This document shows positions 1 to 9,023 of a DNA stretch of 36,500 bases, piece by piece. Below the pieces are notes generated by a model. The model was given only the letters and a program-made list of their open reading frames with translations, had not been told where the DNA came from and ran no database searches. Positions within the stretch are counted from its first letter, which is position 1; each line of letters begins with the position of its first letter. Made by a program: the position numbers and the translations under genes. The DNA lies in contig JBDSOT010000143.1 of assembly GCA_039914705.1 (NCBI GenBank), positions 1 to 36,500 of the forward strand, written 5' to 3'. This stretch comes from Gammaproteobacteria bacterium (lineage in GTDB: Bacteria > Pseudomonadota > Gammaproteobacteria > SURF-13).

Positions 1-1155
1 ATGAACAAATGTTGCGGAAAAATAATCTGGAACATCCTGGTCATCTTGATAATCATCGGTGTGCTGACTTTTTACGGCGTACCTAAATTTATCAGCGCAC
101 AGGGCGGCGCTCCTGCATCGGGGCTAGGGCCTGGTAGCCAAAATGGGCCACCGCGTGCCCTGCCCGTAGAGACCGCGCCGGTGCGCGTGGGGACGGTGAA
201 TGTAGCCATCAGCGCCGTCGGCTCGCTGCTGGCCAATGAATCGGTGATGATTCGGCCCGAGATTGCCGGGCGTATTATCGGCGTGCATTTCTCAGAGGGA
301 CAACGGGTGGCGAAGGATGCTGAACTGATTACCCTCGATGCGGCTGAGTTGCGCGCGCAGGCAGAGGAAGGCGCATCGAGTGTGAAGCTCAACAAACTGA
401 GCTTCGAACGCGCTCGGGAATTATCCAGTAGAAAGCTGATGAGCCGGCAGGAATACGATCAGGCGCAGGCGAATCTCAGTGAGGCACAGGCCCGCCAGAA
501 TCTGAATGATGCGCGCCTCAGTAAAACCGTACTGCGTGCGCCGTTCGAGGGTGTGCTGGGCCTGCGCAAGGTGAGTCCCGGCGATTATGTACAGCCCGGC
601 GAAGATATTGTGAACTTGGAAGATATAGGTGCGCTGAAACTCGACTTTCGCATACCCGAACTTTATTTATCCAAAATTAAACCTGACCAAATCGTTGAGG
701 TGCGGGTCGATGCCTTTCCGGATACCACTTTCACCGGCCAGGTTTACGCCATCGAGCCGGGGGTCGACGTAGTGACCCGCAGCATTCTGCTGCGCGCGCG
801 TATCCCGAACGACGATGGCAAACTGCGCCCCGGCATGTTTGCGCGCATAACGCTGATATTAGAGCAGCGCCCCAACGCCCTGCTGATCCCTGAGCATGCC
901 CTGGTGCCCATGGGCAATGACCGCTTTGTCTATCGCGTGGTGGATGGTAAGGCGGTGCAGCAAAAGGTAAGCGTGGGCGAACGGCGCGCGGGCGAGGTTG
1001 AGATCAGCACAGGACTCAGTCCCGGCGATACGGTTGTTACCGACGGTCAGATGAAAATAAAAGATGGCGCCCCGGTGACGGTGATGCAGGCTGCGGATGG
1101 GAAGGCCCCGGCGCGTACCTCTGAGCAGCGAGTTGTACCTGACACCAACACCTAA
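1..1155 (+). CDS. RND efflux periplasmic adaptor subunit (membrane fusion protein, AcrA/MdtA/HlyD family)
   Basis: 384-aa ORF with ATG at window position 1. It has an N-terminal hydrophobic anchor (IIWNILVILIIIGVLTFYG) and a coiled-coil hairpin segment (AELRAQAEE...QEYDQAQANLSEAQARQNLNDARL) followed by LRAPFEGVLG, typical of MFPs. It lies directly upstream of an RND pump gene. The start coincides with the window edge, so a longer N-terminus cannot be excluded. Confidence 0.85.
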   Translation: MNKCCGKIIWNILVILIIIGVLTFYGVPKFISAQGGAPASGLGPGSQNGPPRALPVETAPVRVGTVNVAISAVGSLLANESVMIRPEIAGRIIGVHFSEGQRVAKDAELITLDAAELRAQAEEGASSVKLNKLSFERARELSSRKLMSRQEYDQAQANLSEAQARQNLNDARLSKTVLRAPFEGVLGLRKVSPGDYVQPGEDIVNLEDIGALKLDFRIPELYLSKIKPDQIVEVRVDAFPDTTFTGQVYAIEPGVDVVTRSILLRARIPNDDGKLRPGMFARITLILEQRPNALLIPEHALVPMGNDRFVYRVVDGKAVQQKVSVGERRAGEVEISTGLSPGDTVVTDGQMKIKDGAPVTVMQAADGKAPARTSEQRVVPDTNT

Positions 1156-1192
1156 GACTTTTTTAGCTCGGCATTTTGACTGGTAAGGCCAC

Positions 1193-4100
1193 ATGGTATT
1201 GTCTGACATCTCCATTCGCCGTCCGGTGCTGGCTACGGTAATGAGCCTGCTGATCGTTTTGATCGGCATCATTTCCTATCAGCGCCTGTCGGTGCGCGAA
1301 TACCCTAACATCGACACCCCGGTGGTCTCGGTGCGCACGGTTTATCCGGGCGCCAGCGCGGAGATCATCGAGAGTCAGGTTACGCGTCCGCTGGAAGATT
1401 CGCTGGCCGGCATTGAGGGTATCCGCACCATCAAGTCTGTCAGCCGCGAGGAAGTCAGCCAGATCACCATCGAGTTTCTGCTCAGCCGCAATCCGGACGA
1501 TGCCGCGAGCGACGTGCGAGATCGTGTGTCGCGCGTGCGCGGTGCCTTGCCCGACGATAGCGATGAATCCATCGTCGCCAAGATTGAGGCCGATGCGCAG
1601 GCCATCATGTGGGTTGCACTCTCCAGCGACCGGCAAAATGCGCTGGAGATTACCGACTACGCCGACCGTGTACTCGTGGATCGTCTGCAAAGCTTGACCG
1701 GGGTTGCCAGCGTAATCATCGGCGGGCAGCGCCGTTACGCGATGCGCATTTGGCTGGATCGCGACCGCCTGGCCGGCTTTCAGTTGACGCCGCAGGACGT
1801 CGAGACTGCATTACGCAGCCAGAATGTGGAAATACCCTCGGGCCGCATTGAGAGCACACAACGCGAATTCACGGTGCTCACCCAGACCGATCTGCAAACA
1901 CCCGAGCAATTCCAGCAACTGATCATCCGCGAGGTGAATGGTTATCCGGTGCGCCTCAGCGACGTGGGCGATGCCGAGATTGGTCCCGCCGACGAGCGCA
2001 GCGCGGTGCGCGTGAACGGCAATCCGGCAGTGGGACTTGGCATAGTTAAGCAATCCACCGCGAACACGCTGGCGGTGGCGCAGGCGGTGAAGGCCGAGCT
2101 ACCTAAACTCTCAGGCTCGCTGCCTCCCGGCATGAGTCTTAAGGTCGCCTTCGATGTATCGCTGTTCATCGACGAGTCAATCAAGGCGGTATATACGGCC
2201 GTGATCGAGGCCTTGATACTTGTGGTGCTGGTAATCTTTTTATTCCTGCGCACACTACGCGCCACCATCATCCCGTTTGTCACCATCCCGGTGTCGCTGG
2301 TTGGGGCATTCATCTTTCTCTACGCGATGGATTTCTCTATCAACATTCTCACCCTGCTCGGCCTGGTGCTCGCTATTGGTCTGGTAGTGGACGATGCCAT
2401 CGTCATGCTCGAAAATATTCAGCGCCGCATCGAACAAGGCATGCAACCTTACCAAGCCGCATTGCAGGGTAGCCGGGAAATCGGCTTTGCTATACTGGCG
2501 ATGACGATGACACTGACCGCCGTATTTATTCCTCTCGCCTTCCAGACCGGTAACACCGGGCGTCTGTTCACGGAATTTGCGCTCACCGTCGCGGCGGCCG
2601 TGCTGGTATCGGGTTTTGTTGCACTGTCGCTGACGCCGATGATGTGCTCCAGGATATTAAAGCCCAAGGCCGGCCACGGCCGTATCTATAACCTTAGCCA
2701 ACGTTTCTTCGACGGCATGAACAACTCTTACAGCCGCATACTTTCCGCGTCTTTGCATGCACGCTGGCTGGTAATCCTGGTCGGGGCGCTGGTGGCCGGT
2801 GCGAGTGCCTTGCTGTTCACTTCACTGAAATCGGAACTCGCACCGCTTGAGGATCGCGGCATGATCATTGGCATCCTCAATGGGCCGGAAGGTGCGACCA
2901 TGGGCTACACCGACAGGTACGCAAGGCAAGTAGAGAAATTTTATGCCGAGGTCCCCGAGATCCTGAATTACTTCATGGTCGTCGCACCGGGCCTGCAACG
3001 CCCCAGCGCAGTAAACTTTGCGCTCTCGTTCGTCACCCTCAAACCCTGGGACGAACGCACGCGCTCGCAACAGGACATCGCCGCCGCATTGGGACCTAAG
3101 CTGTTCAGCCTGCCGGGCGTGATGGCCTTTCCGGTAAATCCGCCTTCGCTCGGTCAGAGCTTTCGCAATCCGCCCGTGCAATTTGTTATCCAGGGCAATT
3201 CTTATGAGGAATTGCAGGATATGGTTAATGCCTTCACGGAGAAAATGAGCAGCTATCCCGGCCTGGTGAATCTCGACAGCGATCTGAAACTGAACAAGCC
3301 GCAGATTGCCGTCAGGCTTAATCGTGACAAGGTCGCTAACGTCGGCGCGAATGTAGAAGAGGTCGGGCGCACGCTGGAAACCTTACTGGGCGGACGCCAG
3401 GTGACACGCTTCAAGCGCGATGGCGAGCAATACGATGTCATCATAAAACTCAAGGATCAGGAGCGCACGACGCCGGGTGATCTTGGCTCCATCTTCGTGC
3501 GTGGCAACGATGGGCAATTAATTCAGCTCGCCAATCTGGTCGACGTCCGTGAAGAGGTCGCACCCAAGGAACTTAATCACTTCAATCGTCTGCGCTCGAC
3601 CACGCTGTCGGCCAACGTGGCACCGGGATATAGCCTGGGCGAGGTGCTCAGCTTCATGCAGAAGTCCGCGCAGGAGGTATTGCCGGCCTCGGCGCAGATC
3701 GCGTTCGACGGGCAATCGCGCGAGTTTCAGGAATCCGGTGCTTCACTGTATCTGGTGTTCGGACTCGCGCTGGCCTTTATTTATCTGGTGCTGGCGGCGC
3801 AGTTCGAGAGCTTTATTGACCCGCTCATCATTATGCTAACGGTGCCGCTCGCCATCACCGGCGCGCTGTTATCCTTGAAACTGTCCGGCGGCACGCTGAA
3901 CGTATACAGTCAGATCGGCATGGTCATGCTGGTCGGTCTGATTACCAAGCACGGCATTCTGATCGTGGAATTTGCCAATCAGTTACAGGCGTCCGGCAAA
4001 GATAAGCTCACCGCCGTGATCGAGGCCGCCACCCTGCGCCTGCGCCCTATTCTCATGACCACCGCCGCCATGGTGCTCGGCACCCTGCCGCTGGCGCTGG

Positions 4101-4294
4101 CTACCGGCGCGGGCGCGGAAAGCCGCCAGCAGATCGGCTGGGTCATTGTGGGTGGATTACTGCTCGGCACCTTGCTAACCTTGTTCGTGATCCCCACTGC
4201 GTACACACTGCTCGCGCGCAAACATGAAATCCGTAATGATAGTGAAGACAATATAACAATAGCTGTACCTAAGCTTGAGGCCGCCCGACCATGA
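1193..4294 (+). CDS. RND multidrug efflux permease (HAE1 family, AcrB/MdtB/MdtC-like)
   Basis: 1033-aa ORF with an ATG start. The N-terminus MVLSDISIRRPVLATVMSLLIVL is the canonical RND start. Size and the alternation of large periplasmic loops with hydrophobic blocks fit a 12-TM RND pump. It is flanked by adaptor and TolC genes. Confidence 0.95.
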   Translation: MVLSDISIRRPVLATVMSLLIVLIGIISYQRLSVREYPNIDTPVVSVRTVYPGASAEIIESQVTRPLEDSLAGIEGIRTIKSVSREEVSQITIEFLLSRNPDDAASDVRDRVSRVRGALPDDSDESIVAKIEADAQAIMWVALSSDRQNALEITDYADRVLVDRLQSLTGVASVIIGGQRRYAMRIWLDRDRLAGFQLTPQDVETALRSQNVEIPSGRIESTQREFTVLTQTDLQTPEQFQQLIIREVNGYPVRLSDVGDAEIGPADERSAVRVNGNPAVGLGIVKQSTANTLAVAQAVKAELPKLSGSLPPGMSLKVAFDVSLFIDESIKAVYTAVIEALILVVLVIFLFLRTLRATIIPFVTIPVSLVGAFIFLYAMDFSINILTLLGLVLAIGLVVDDAIVMLENIQRRIEQGMQPYQAALQGSREIGFAILAMTMTLTAVFIPLAFQTGNTGRLFTEFALTVAAAVLVSGFVALSLTPMMCSRILKPKAGHGRIYNLSQRFFDGMNNSYSRILSASLHARWLVILVGALVAGASALLFTSLKSELAPLEDRGMIIGILNGPEGATMGYTDRYARQVEKFYAEVPEILNYFMVVAPGLQRPSAVNFALSFVTLKPWDERTRSQQDIAAALGPKLFSLPGVMAFPVNPPSLGQSFRNPPVQFVIQGNSYEELQDMVNAFTEKMSSYPGLVNLDSDLKLNKPQIAVRLNRDKVANVGANVEEVGRTLETLLGGRQVTRFKRDGEQYDVIIKLKDQERTTPGDLGSIFVRGNDGQLIQLANLVDVREEVAPKELNHFNRLRSTTLSANVAPGYSLGEVLSFMQKSAQEVLPASAQIAFDGQSREFQESGASLYLVFGLALAFIYLVLAAQFESFIDPLIIMLTVPLAITGALLSLKLSGGTLNVYSQIGMVMLVGLITKHGILIVEFANQLQASGKDKLTAVIEAATLRLRPILMTTAAMVLGTLPLALATGAGAESRQQIGWVIVGGLLLGTLLTLFVIPTAYTLLARKHEIRNDSEDNITIAVPKLEAARP

Positions 4295-5643
4295 TCAAAT
4301 TACCGCTGGCATTGTTTGCCATTTTACTTTTGCCGGCAACGGTGAGTGCGGAGGACTTGCTGGATATTTACCGGCTCGCCGAACAGAGCGACCCACAATT
4401 GCAGGCGGCCGAGGCCGCACGGCTGGCCACGCTGGAGATCAAGCCGCAGGCGCGCTCGGCGTTATTCCCCACCATTGGTCTGACGGCTAACGCCGGCCTC
4501 ACCCGCCAGGACATCGCCCTCTCCGGGGGCGCTGCTGGCGGCGGAGTTTCCAATTTTGACAACAACGGCTACGCGCTCACACTCGTGCAACCGTTGTACA
4601 GCCGTGTCACCGGGGCGGGCCTGCGCCAGGCGAATGCCCTTGTCGGCCAGGCCGACGCCGTATACGCGACGGCGCAGCAAGATCTGTTACTGCGCGTCGC
4701 CACGCGTTATTTCGATGTGCTGGCGGCCATTGATAATTTGACTTTTGCCCGCGCTGAGAAAAATGCCATCTCGCGCCAACTGGAGCAGAATATTCAGCGT
4801 TTTGATGTCGGGCTTATCGCCGTCACCGATGTGAACGAGGCGCAAGCACGTTATGACCTGGCGGTCTCGCAGGAAATCGCCGCAGAAAATCAGGTGGCCA
4901 ACACCCGCGAGGCATTGCGCGAGGTTACCGGCACCTACCATGAAAGTCTGGCGCTGCTTAACGAGACAACCCCGCTACCGTCTCCCGACCCCAGCGATAT
5001 TGAAAAGTGGGCCGAGACGGCGCGTGCGCAAAACTCACAGGTGGCAGCCAGCGAATTTGCCGCGCAGGCAGCGCGCGAGGAGATCGAGCGGCAGCGCGCC
5101 GGGCATTTCCCATCGGTAAATCTGGTGGGAACGCATTCATTTTCCGACTCGGGTGGCGGGCGCTTCGGCGGTAGCCGGGTTGATGACGATTCCATTAGCG
5201 TACAGCTAACCGCGCCCATTTTTCAGGGTGGTTTCGTCACCTCGCGCACCCGCGAGGCACAGTTTCGCTTCACGCAAGCGCGGGAAGTGTTGGATCAGCA
5301 ACAGCGTGCCGTGGTGCGACAGGCGCGTGCTTCTTACCTGAACGTAATCGCCAACATCAGCCAGGTGGATGCATTACAGCAGGCGGTGAAGTCAAATCAA
5401 AGCGCGCTGGATGCCACCCAGGCCGGCCTCGATGTCGGCATACGCACGGCCGTTGATGTGCTTGATGCGCAGCGATTACTGTTTCAGGCCAGACGCAATC
5501 TTGCGCGCGCGCGCTACGACTACATCCTAGAAACCCTGCGCCTTAAACAGGCGGCCGGCACCCTGAATCCGGTCGACCTGGAGCAGATTAACAAGTGGTT
5601 GAGCGAACACCCGTCGGCTACCGCAGAGAGTGTTCCGCGCTAG
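4291..5643 (+). CDS. tolC: TolC-family outer membrane efflux channel
   Basis: 450-aa ORF whose ATG overlaps the pump stop codon (ATGA at 4291-4294). Signal peptide MIKLPLALFAILLLPATVSA, then EDLLDIYRLAEQSDPQLQAAEA. Colinear similarity to E. coli TolC is recognisable throughout (RFDVGLIAVTDVNEAQARYD, AGLDVGIRTAVDVLDAQ, ARYDYILETLRLKQAAGTL). Confidence 0.9.
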   Translation: MIKLPLALFAILLLPATVSAEDLLDIYRLAEQSDPQLQAAEAARLATLEIKPQARSALFPTIGLTANAGLTRQDIALSGGAAGGGVSNFDNNGYALTLVQPLYSRVTGAGLRQANALVGQADAVYATAQQDLLLRVATRYFDVLAAIDNLTFARAEKNAISRQLEQNIQRFDVGLIAVTDVNEAQARYDLAVSQEIAAENQVANTREALREVTGTYHESLALLNETTPLPSPDPSDIEKWAETARAQNSQVAASEFAAQAAREEIERQRAGHFPSVNLVGTHSFSDSGGGRFGGSRVDDDSISVQLTAPIFQGGFVTSRTREAQFRFTQAREVLDQQQRAVVRQARASYLNVIANISQVDALQQAVKSNQSALDATQAGLDVGIRTAVDVLDAQRLLFQARRNLARARYDYILETLRLKQAAGTLNPVDLEQINKWLSEHPSATAESVPR

Positions 5644-5747
5644 GCCGTACGTTATACTAAATGTTGTAGAACATCGCCGCGCCCTCCTGCAAGCGCCGCG
5701 AAGAAGGCTGTCTTTGTGGGCAATCTTTCTCATTGAGGACATGGCTC

Positions 5748-6320
5748 ATGGTAACCTCCGAACGTTCTGGCCTGTGCGATGCTGAGGATAGTCTGCTCGT
5801 ACTGGTCGATATTCAGGCGCGGCTGGTCGCTGCCATGCCGGAAGAACCTGGCCGTCAAATGCTGCGCAACAGCACGATTTTGCTGGAGGCTGCGACACTG
5901 CTGGAAATACCCGTGATCGTAAGTGAGCAATATCCGCAGGGGCTGGGCAGGACCGTCGCGGGTATTATGCAAGGGCTGCCCAGCGCGGCGCAAAGTTTTG
6001 AGAAGAGCGCATTTTCGTGTTACGGCTCAGTCGAATTTATGCAAGCGGTCAATAAACACAGACGCCGCCAAATCATCATGGTCGGCCTTGAAGCGCATAT
6101 CTGTGTGCTGCAAACGGCGCTCGAATTGCGCGCTACAGGTCTGCAAACATTCGTCGTCGAAGACGCCTGCTGCTCACGCACTGCCTCCAATAGTCACAAT
6201 GCCTTCAGCCGATTGCGTCACGCCGGCGTTATTGTGAGCAACACCGAATCTGTACTGTTCGAATGGATGCGGCATGCGGGACATGAACATTTCAAAAAGA
6301 TTTCGGCGCTGATCCATTAG
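5748..6320 (+). CDS. isochorismatase-family cysteine hydrolase
   Basis: The ORF track starts at a TTG (5733). I prefer the ATG at 5748, preceded by GAGGA (5735-5739). Family hallmarks are LLVLVDIQ (catalytic Asp region) and MVGLEAHICVLQTALEL (catalytic Cys). Confidence 0.8.
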   Translation: MVTSERSGLCDAEDSLLVLVDIQARLVAAMPEEPGRQMLRNSTILLEAATLLEIPVIVSEQYPQGLGRTVAGIMQGLPSAAQSFEKSAFSCYGSVEFMQAVNKHRRRQIIMVGLEAHICVLQTALELRATGLQTFVVEDACCSRTASNSHNAFSRLRHAGVIVSNTESVLFEWMRHAGHEHFKKISALIH

Positions 6321-6333
6321 GGAACCTATGAAC

Positions 6334-6472
6334 AATTCCATCCATGGAATTTTCAGAGACGAAAAGCAAAAATGGCCGCTCCCGCGCATCCATGCGCCCG
6401 CGGTATTCGTACTTCCTATACAGCATGATTTTTTCTTTTCTTCATTTTTCAAACACTTGTGTGTTTGAAAAA
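6334..6472. repeat. cluster of three palindromes in the intergenic region: AATTCCAT-CC-ATGGAATT (6334-6351), GCGCAT-CC-ATGCGC (6384-6397), and a perfect 12-bp stem with 4-nt loop TTTTTCAAACAC-TTGT-GTGTTTGAAAAA (6445-6472)
   Basis: Read directly from the sequence, with reverse complements checked by hand. The first two share the core CATCCATG. Function unknown. Confidence 0.6.
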
Positions 6473-6474
6473 TA

Positions 6475-6522
6475 GCGGCACATCCCTGTACCGCAGGAAA
6501 CTCTGAGTAAATCAGAGCTTCC
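6475..6522. repeat. 48-bp double-hairpin repeat, left copy (inverted relative to 7203-7250)
   Basis: gcggcacatccctgtaccgcaggaaactctgagtaaatcagagcttcc matches the reverse complement of 7203-7250 at 41 of 48 positions by hand alignment. It contains two internal stem-loops: gcggcaca/tgtaccgc and ggaaactctga/tcagagcttcc. Confidence 0.8.
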
Positions 6523-6596
6523 TTAGACTTTTTCATATTTTTCGCTGGACAGTACGGTTTTCCTTCATTCAATTCAGTCCCCAAAAGAGGTGCGTG

Positions 6597-7166
6597 ATGA
6601 TCGGCAAAAGAAATATAGTATTTGGTTTTCTCTATCTCGTTTTTACCGCATCACTAGGACCCTTCATGGTTACCCAGTTCGACGCGGTTGAACAGGCACA
6701 ACAGGAAAAGCAAACAGCATTCAGCCGCCTTGAGCAGTTTTCAGCCAACAATTTCGAAGAAAATCTGGAGACAATGAATGCCGACCAGATCGCCAAGGCT
6801 AACAGCGGCGCACTGCTTGCGCTGAATAAACAACTCAACGCTCGCGCCCCGATCGACGCCATTAAAGGCGGGCCGCATACGCATGGAAATCTCGAATCAC
6901 TGCTGAATATCGTGGTTGGAGTTGTGCTGGGATTATTGACAATATCAGCGCTGTTCAAACAAATCATCAGTTGGGTCTTTATCGCCGGGGCATTGTTACA
7001 CTCGGGGATGTTGTATCTCGCTATCGTGTTTCATCAAGGCTGGGCCGGCGCTGTGCTCAATACTGGTATCGGCCCGGCCCTGATTTTACTCGGCCTGCTA
7101 CTTGCAGGCATCGCGAGCACTATTGGCCTAAAGAGATCGCCGCATACAGCCCCTAACAATTTGTAA
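6597..7166 (+). CDS. hypothetical small integral membrane protein (about 4 TM, His-containing)
   Basis: The ORF track begins at GTG 6594. The ATG at 6597 lies 6 nt after AGAGG (6586-6590). N-terminal TM (IVFGFLYLVFTASLGPFMV), an amphipathic segment of about 70 aa, a GGPHTHGN motif, then three hydrophobic helices (LLNIVVGVVLGLLTISALF, IISWVFIAGALLHSGMLYLAIVF, GIGPALILLGLLLAGIASTIGL). I recognise no family. Confidence 0.6.
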   Translation: MIGKRNIVFGFLYLVFTASLGPFMVTQFDAVEQAQQEKQTAFSRLEQFSANNFEENLETMNADQIAKANSGALLALNKQLNARAPIDAIKGGPHTHGNLESLLNIVVGVVLGLLTISALFKQIISWVFIAGALLHSGMLYLAIVFHQGWAGAVLNTGIGPALILLGLLLAGIASTIGLKRSPHTAPNNL

Positions 7167-7202
7167 TCCGTCATCAATCTCACAAGGCGTGAATAGCGCC
7201 AG

Positions 7203-7250
7203 GGAACCTCTGATTAAGTCAGAGGTTCCTGCGGTGCAGGGATGCACCGC
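7203..7250. repeat. 48-bp double-hairpin repeat, right copy
   Basis: ggaacctctgattaagtcagaggttcctgcggtgcagggatgcaccgc contains two perfect hairpins: ggaacctctga-ttaag-tcagaggttcc and gcggtgca-ggga-tgcaccgc. It is the inverted partner of 6475-6522. Confidence 0.8.
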
Positions 7251-7284
7251 CCTAGCAGACATTAACTGGAATGGAGTCCAATCT

Positions 7285-8193
7285 ATGCGTATAAAAGTCA
7301 TCATCAATGCCTCTGCCGGTGCAACGGATCAAGAGCAAGAGCATAGACGATTGATCAGTATTTTCGAGGCGAGTAGCCACGAGGTGTCTATCTCACTGGC
7401 GCGTAGCGGCGATGAACTAACCGCGCTGGCACAGCGCTCAGCAAAGAAAGATTTTCAGATTGTAGTAGCAGGCGGCGGCGACGGAACCATCAATACCGTG
7501 GCTTCGGCATTGCTCGGAACAAACATATCACTCGGCATTCTGCCACTCGGTACATTCAACTATTTTGCGCGCAATTTAAACATTCCACTCGAACCGGAGG
7601 CAGCCGCGCAGAATATTATCGCGGGCCATACCGTTGCCGTGAATGTCGGTGAAGTCAACGGACGGCTGTTCATCAACAATTCCAGCCTGGGACTCTACCC
7701 CACCATTATTCGGGAGCGCGAGAAGGCCTATGGCCGTTGGGGACGCAGTAAACTGGCTGCCATGATCTCGGCGGCGGCAACCATGCTGCGGCCAAATCCT
7801 TTTCTGACCCTGCGCCTGAGCGCAGATCATAAAGATATTGTGTGTCGTACACCGCTGATCTTTGTCAGCAACAATGTGCATCAGATGGAGAGTTACAATA
7901 TCGGTGGCAGCGAATGTCTGTCTGCCGGTAAATTGGCCCTGTATGTACCACGCCCAGATAATTGGCCGGGCCTGCTATGGCTGGCCGCACGCGGATTATT
8001 CGGGTGGCTGCGCGAGGTGCAAGACCTGCGGGTATTGTGCGCGCATGAGCTTTGGATAGAGACGCGCCGCCGGCATATCCGAGTTGCAATCGACGGCGAG
8101 GTCGTGCGCATGGATACGCCGCTGCACTACCGCATGCGACCGGGTGCGCTGCGCGTTATCGTGCCCGCCAGTAGTCAGCAACGCGACACGTAA
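7285..8193 (+). CDS. diacylglycerol-kinase-fold lipid kinase (YegS/BmrU/LCB5 family)
   Basis: ATG at 7285 preceded by GGAG (7273-7276). MRIKVIINASAG start and the GGDGT nucleotide-binding signature (VVAGGGDGTINTVASAL). The upstream in-frame extension to GTG 7189 is encoded by the repeat element and is rejected. Confidence 0.85.
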   Translation: MRIKVIINASAGATDQEQEHRRLISIFEASSHEVSISLARSGDELTALAQRSAKKDFQIVVAGGGDGTINTVASALLGTNISLGILPLGTFNYFARNLNIPLEPEAAAQNIIAGHTVAVNVGEVNGRLFINNSSLGLYPTIIREREKAYGRWGRSKLAAMISAAATMLRPNPFLTLRLSADHKDIVCRTPLIFVSNNVHQMESYNIGGSECLSAGKLALYVPRPDNWPGLLWLAARGLFGWLREVQDLRVLCAHELWIETRRRHIRVAIDGEVVRMDTPLHYRMRPGALRVIVPASSQQRDT

Positions 8194-8198
8194 CTCAC

Positions 8199-9023
8199 AT
8201 GCGCACCGTTGTTCATTTATCCGATCTGCACTTTGGCCGCACTGATCCTGTATTGATCGAACCATTGCTTGCCTGTGTTGCCCGGATTAAGCCCGATGTT
8301 ATTGCCGTCTCCGGCGATCTTACGCAGCGTGCGCGGGCGCAGCAATTCCGTGAGGCGCGTAATTTTCTGGATGCGTTGGCAACAGCACCTCAGATCGTGG
8401 TACCCGGCAATCACGATGTGCCGCTGTACAATATCACCGCGCGTTTTTTTGCACCGCTGAAAAAATTTTGCCGCCATATTACCAGCGATCTTGAACCGTT
8501 TTATGCGGACGATGAGATAGCCGTGCTCGGTATCAACACCGCGCGCTCGCTTACGATTAAAGATGGCCGCATTAGCCGGGAACAGATTGCGCGTATTAGC
8601 GCCCGATTTTGTGATTTGGATACAGGCATTACAAAAGTAGTCGTCACGCATCATCCTTTCGACCTACCCCAGCATCGCGATGACAGGCTGGTTGGACGTG
8701 CGCAACTCGCAATGAATGCGCTTGCTGACTGTGGCATCGACTTGCTGCTGGCCGGTCACCTGCACATCAGCCATACCACTCAAACGGCGGTGCGCTATAA
8801 AATCATGGGCCATTCCGCACTGGCCATTCAGGCGGGCACGGCTACCTCCACGCGCAGCCGGGGAGAGTCAAATTCGTTTAACGCGATTCATGTCGATGCT
8901 TTAAAAATTATACTTGAACGCTATATCTGGCAAGCCGAGCGTTGCGTATTCGAGATTTCAGCCAGGGACATGTTCATGCACACTGCTCAAGGGTGGGCGC
9001 GTGCCGCTGATGTGAGCATCTGA
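8199..9023 (+). CDS. calcineurin-like metallophosphoesterase
   Basis: All canonical MPE motifs appear in order: HLSDLHFG, VSGDLTQRA, VPGNHD, VTHHP, LAGHLH. It starts 5 nt after the kinase stop, and its stop overlaps the next start (TGATG at 9021-9025). Confidence 0.85.
   Translation: MRTVVHLSDLHFGRTDPVLIEPLLACVARIKPDVIAVSGDLTQRARAQQFREARNFLDALATAPQIVVPGNHDVPLYNITARFFAPLKKFCRHITSDLEPFYADDEIAVLGINTARSLTIKDGRISREQIARISARFCDLDTGITKVVVTHHPFDLPQHRDDRLVGRAQLAMNALADCGIDLLLAGHLHISHTTQTAVRYKIMGHSALAIQAGTATSTRSRGESNSFNAIHVDALKIILERYIWQAERCVFEISARDMFMHTAQGWARAADVSI

Noticed and set aside
6174-6584. 136-aa minus-strand ORF spanning the isochorismatase 3' end and the palindrome-rich spacer
   Set aside because: It overlaps a well-supported gene on the opposite strand. 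The rest of it is a read-through of the repeats: the FPAVQGC peptide is simply the 48-bp element translated, and the same peptide appears in the false N-terminal extension of the kinase ORF at 7189. It has no RBS and no recognisable domain.
7189-7284. N-terminal extension of the lipid kinase ORF from a GTG at 7189
   Set aside because: The extension is encoded by the 48-bp repeat element. The ATG at 7285 has a GGAG RBS and gives the family-typical MRIKVIIN start.
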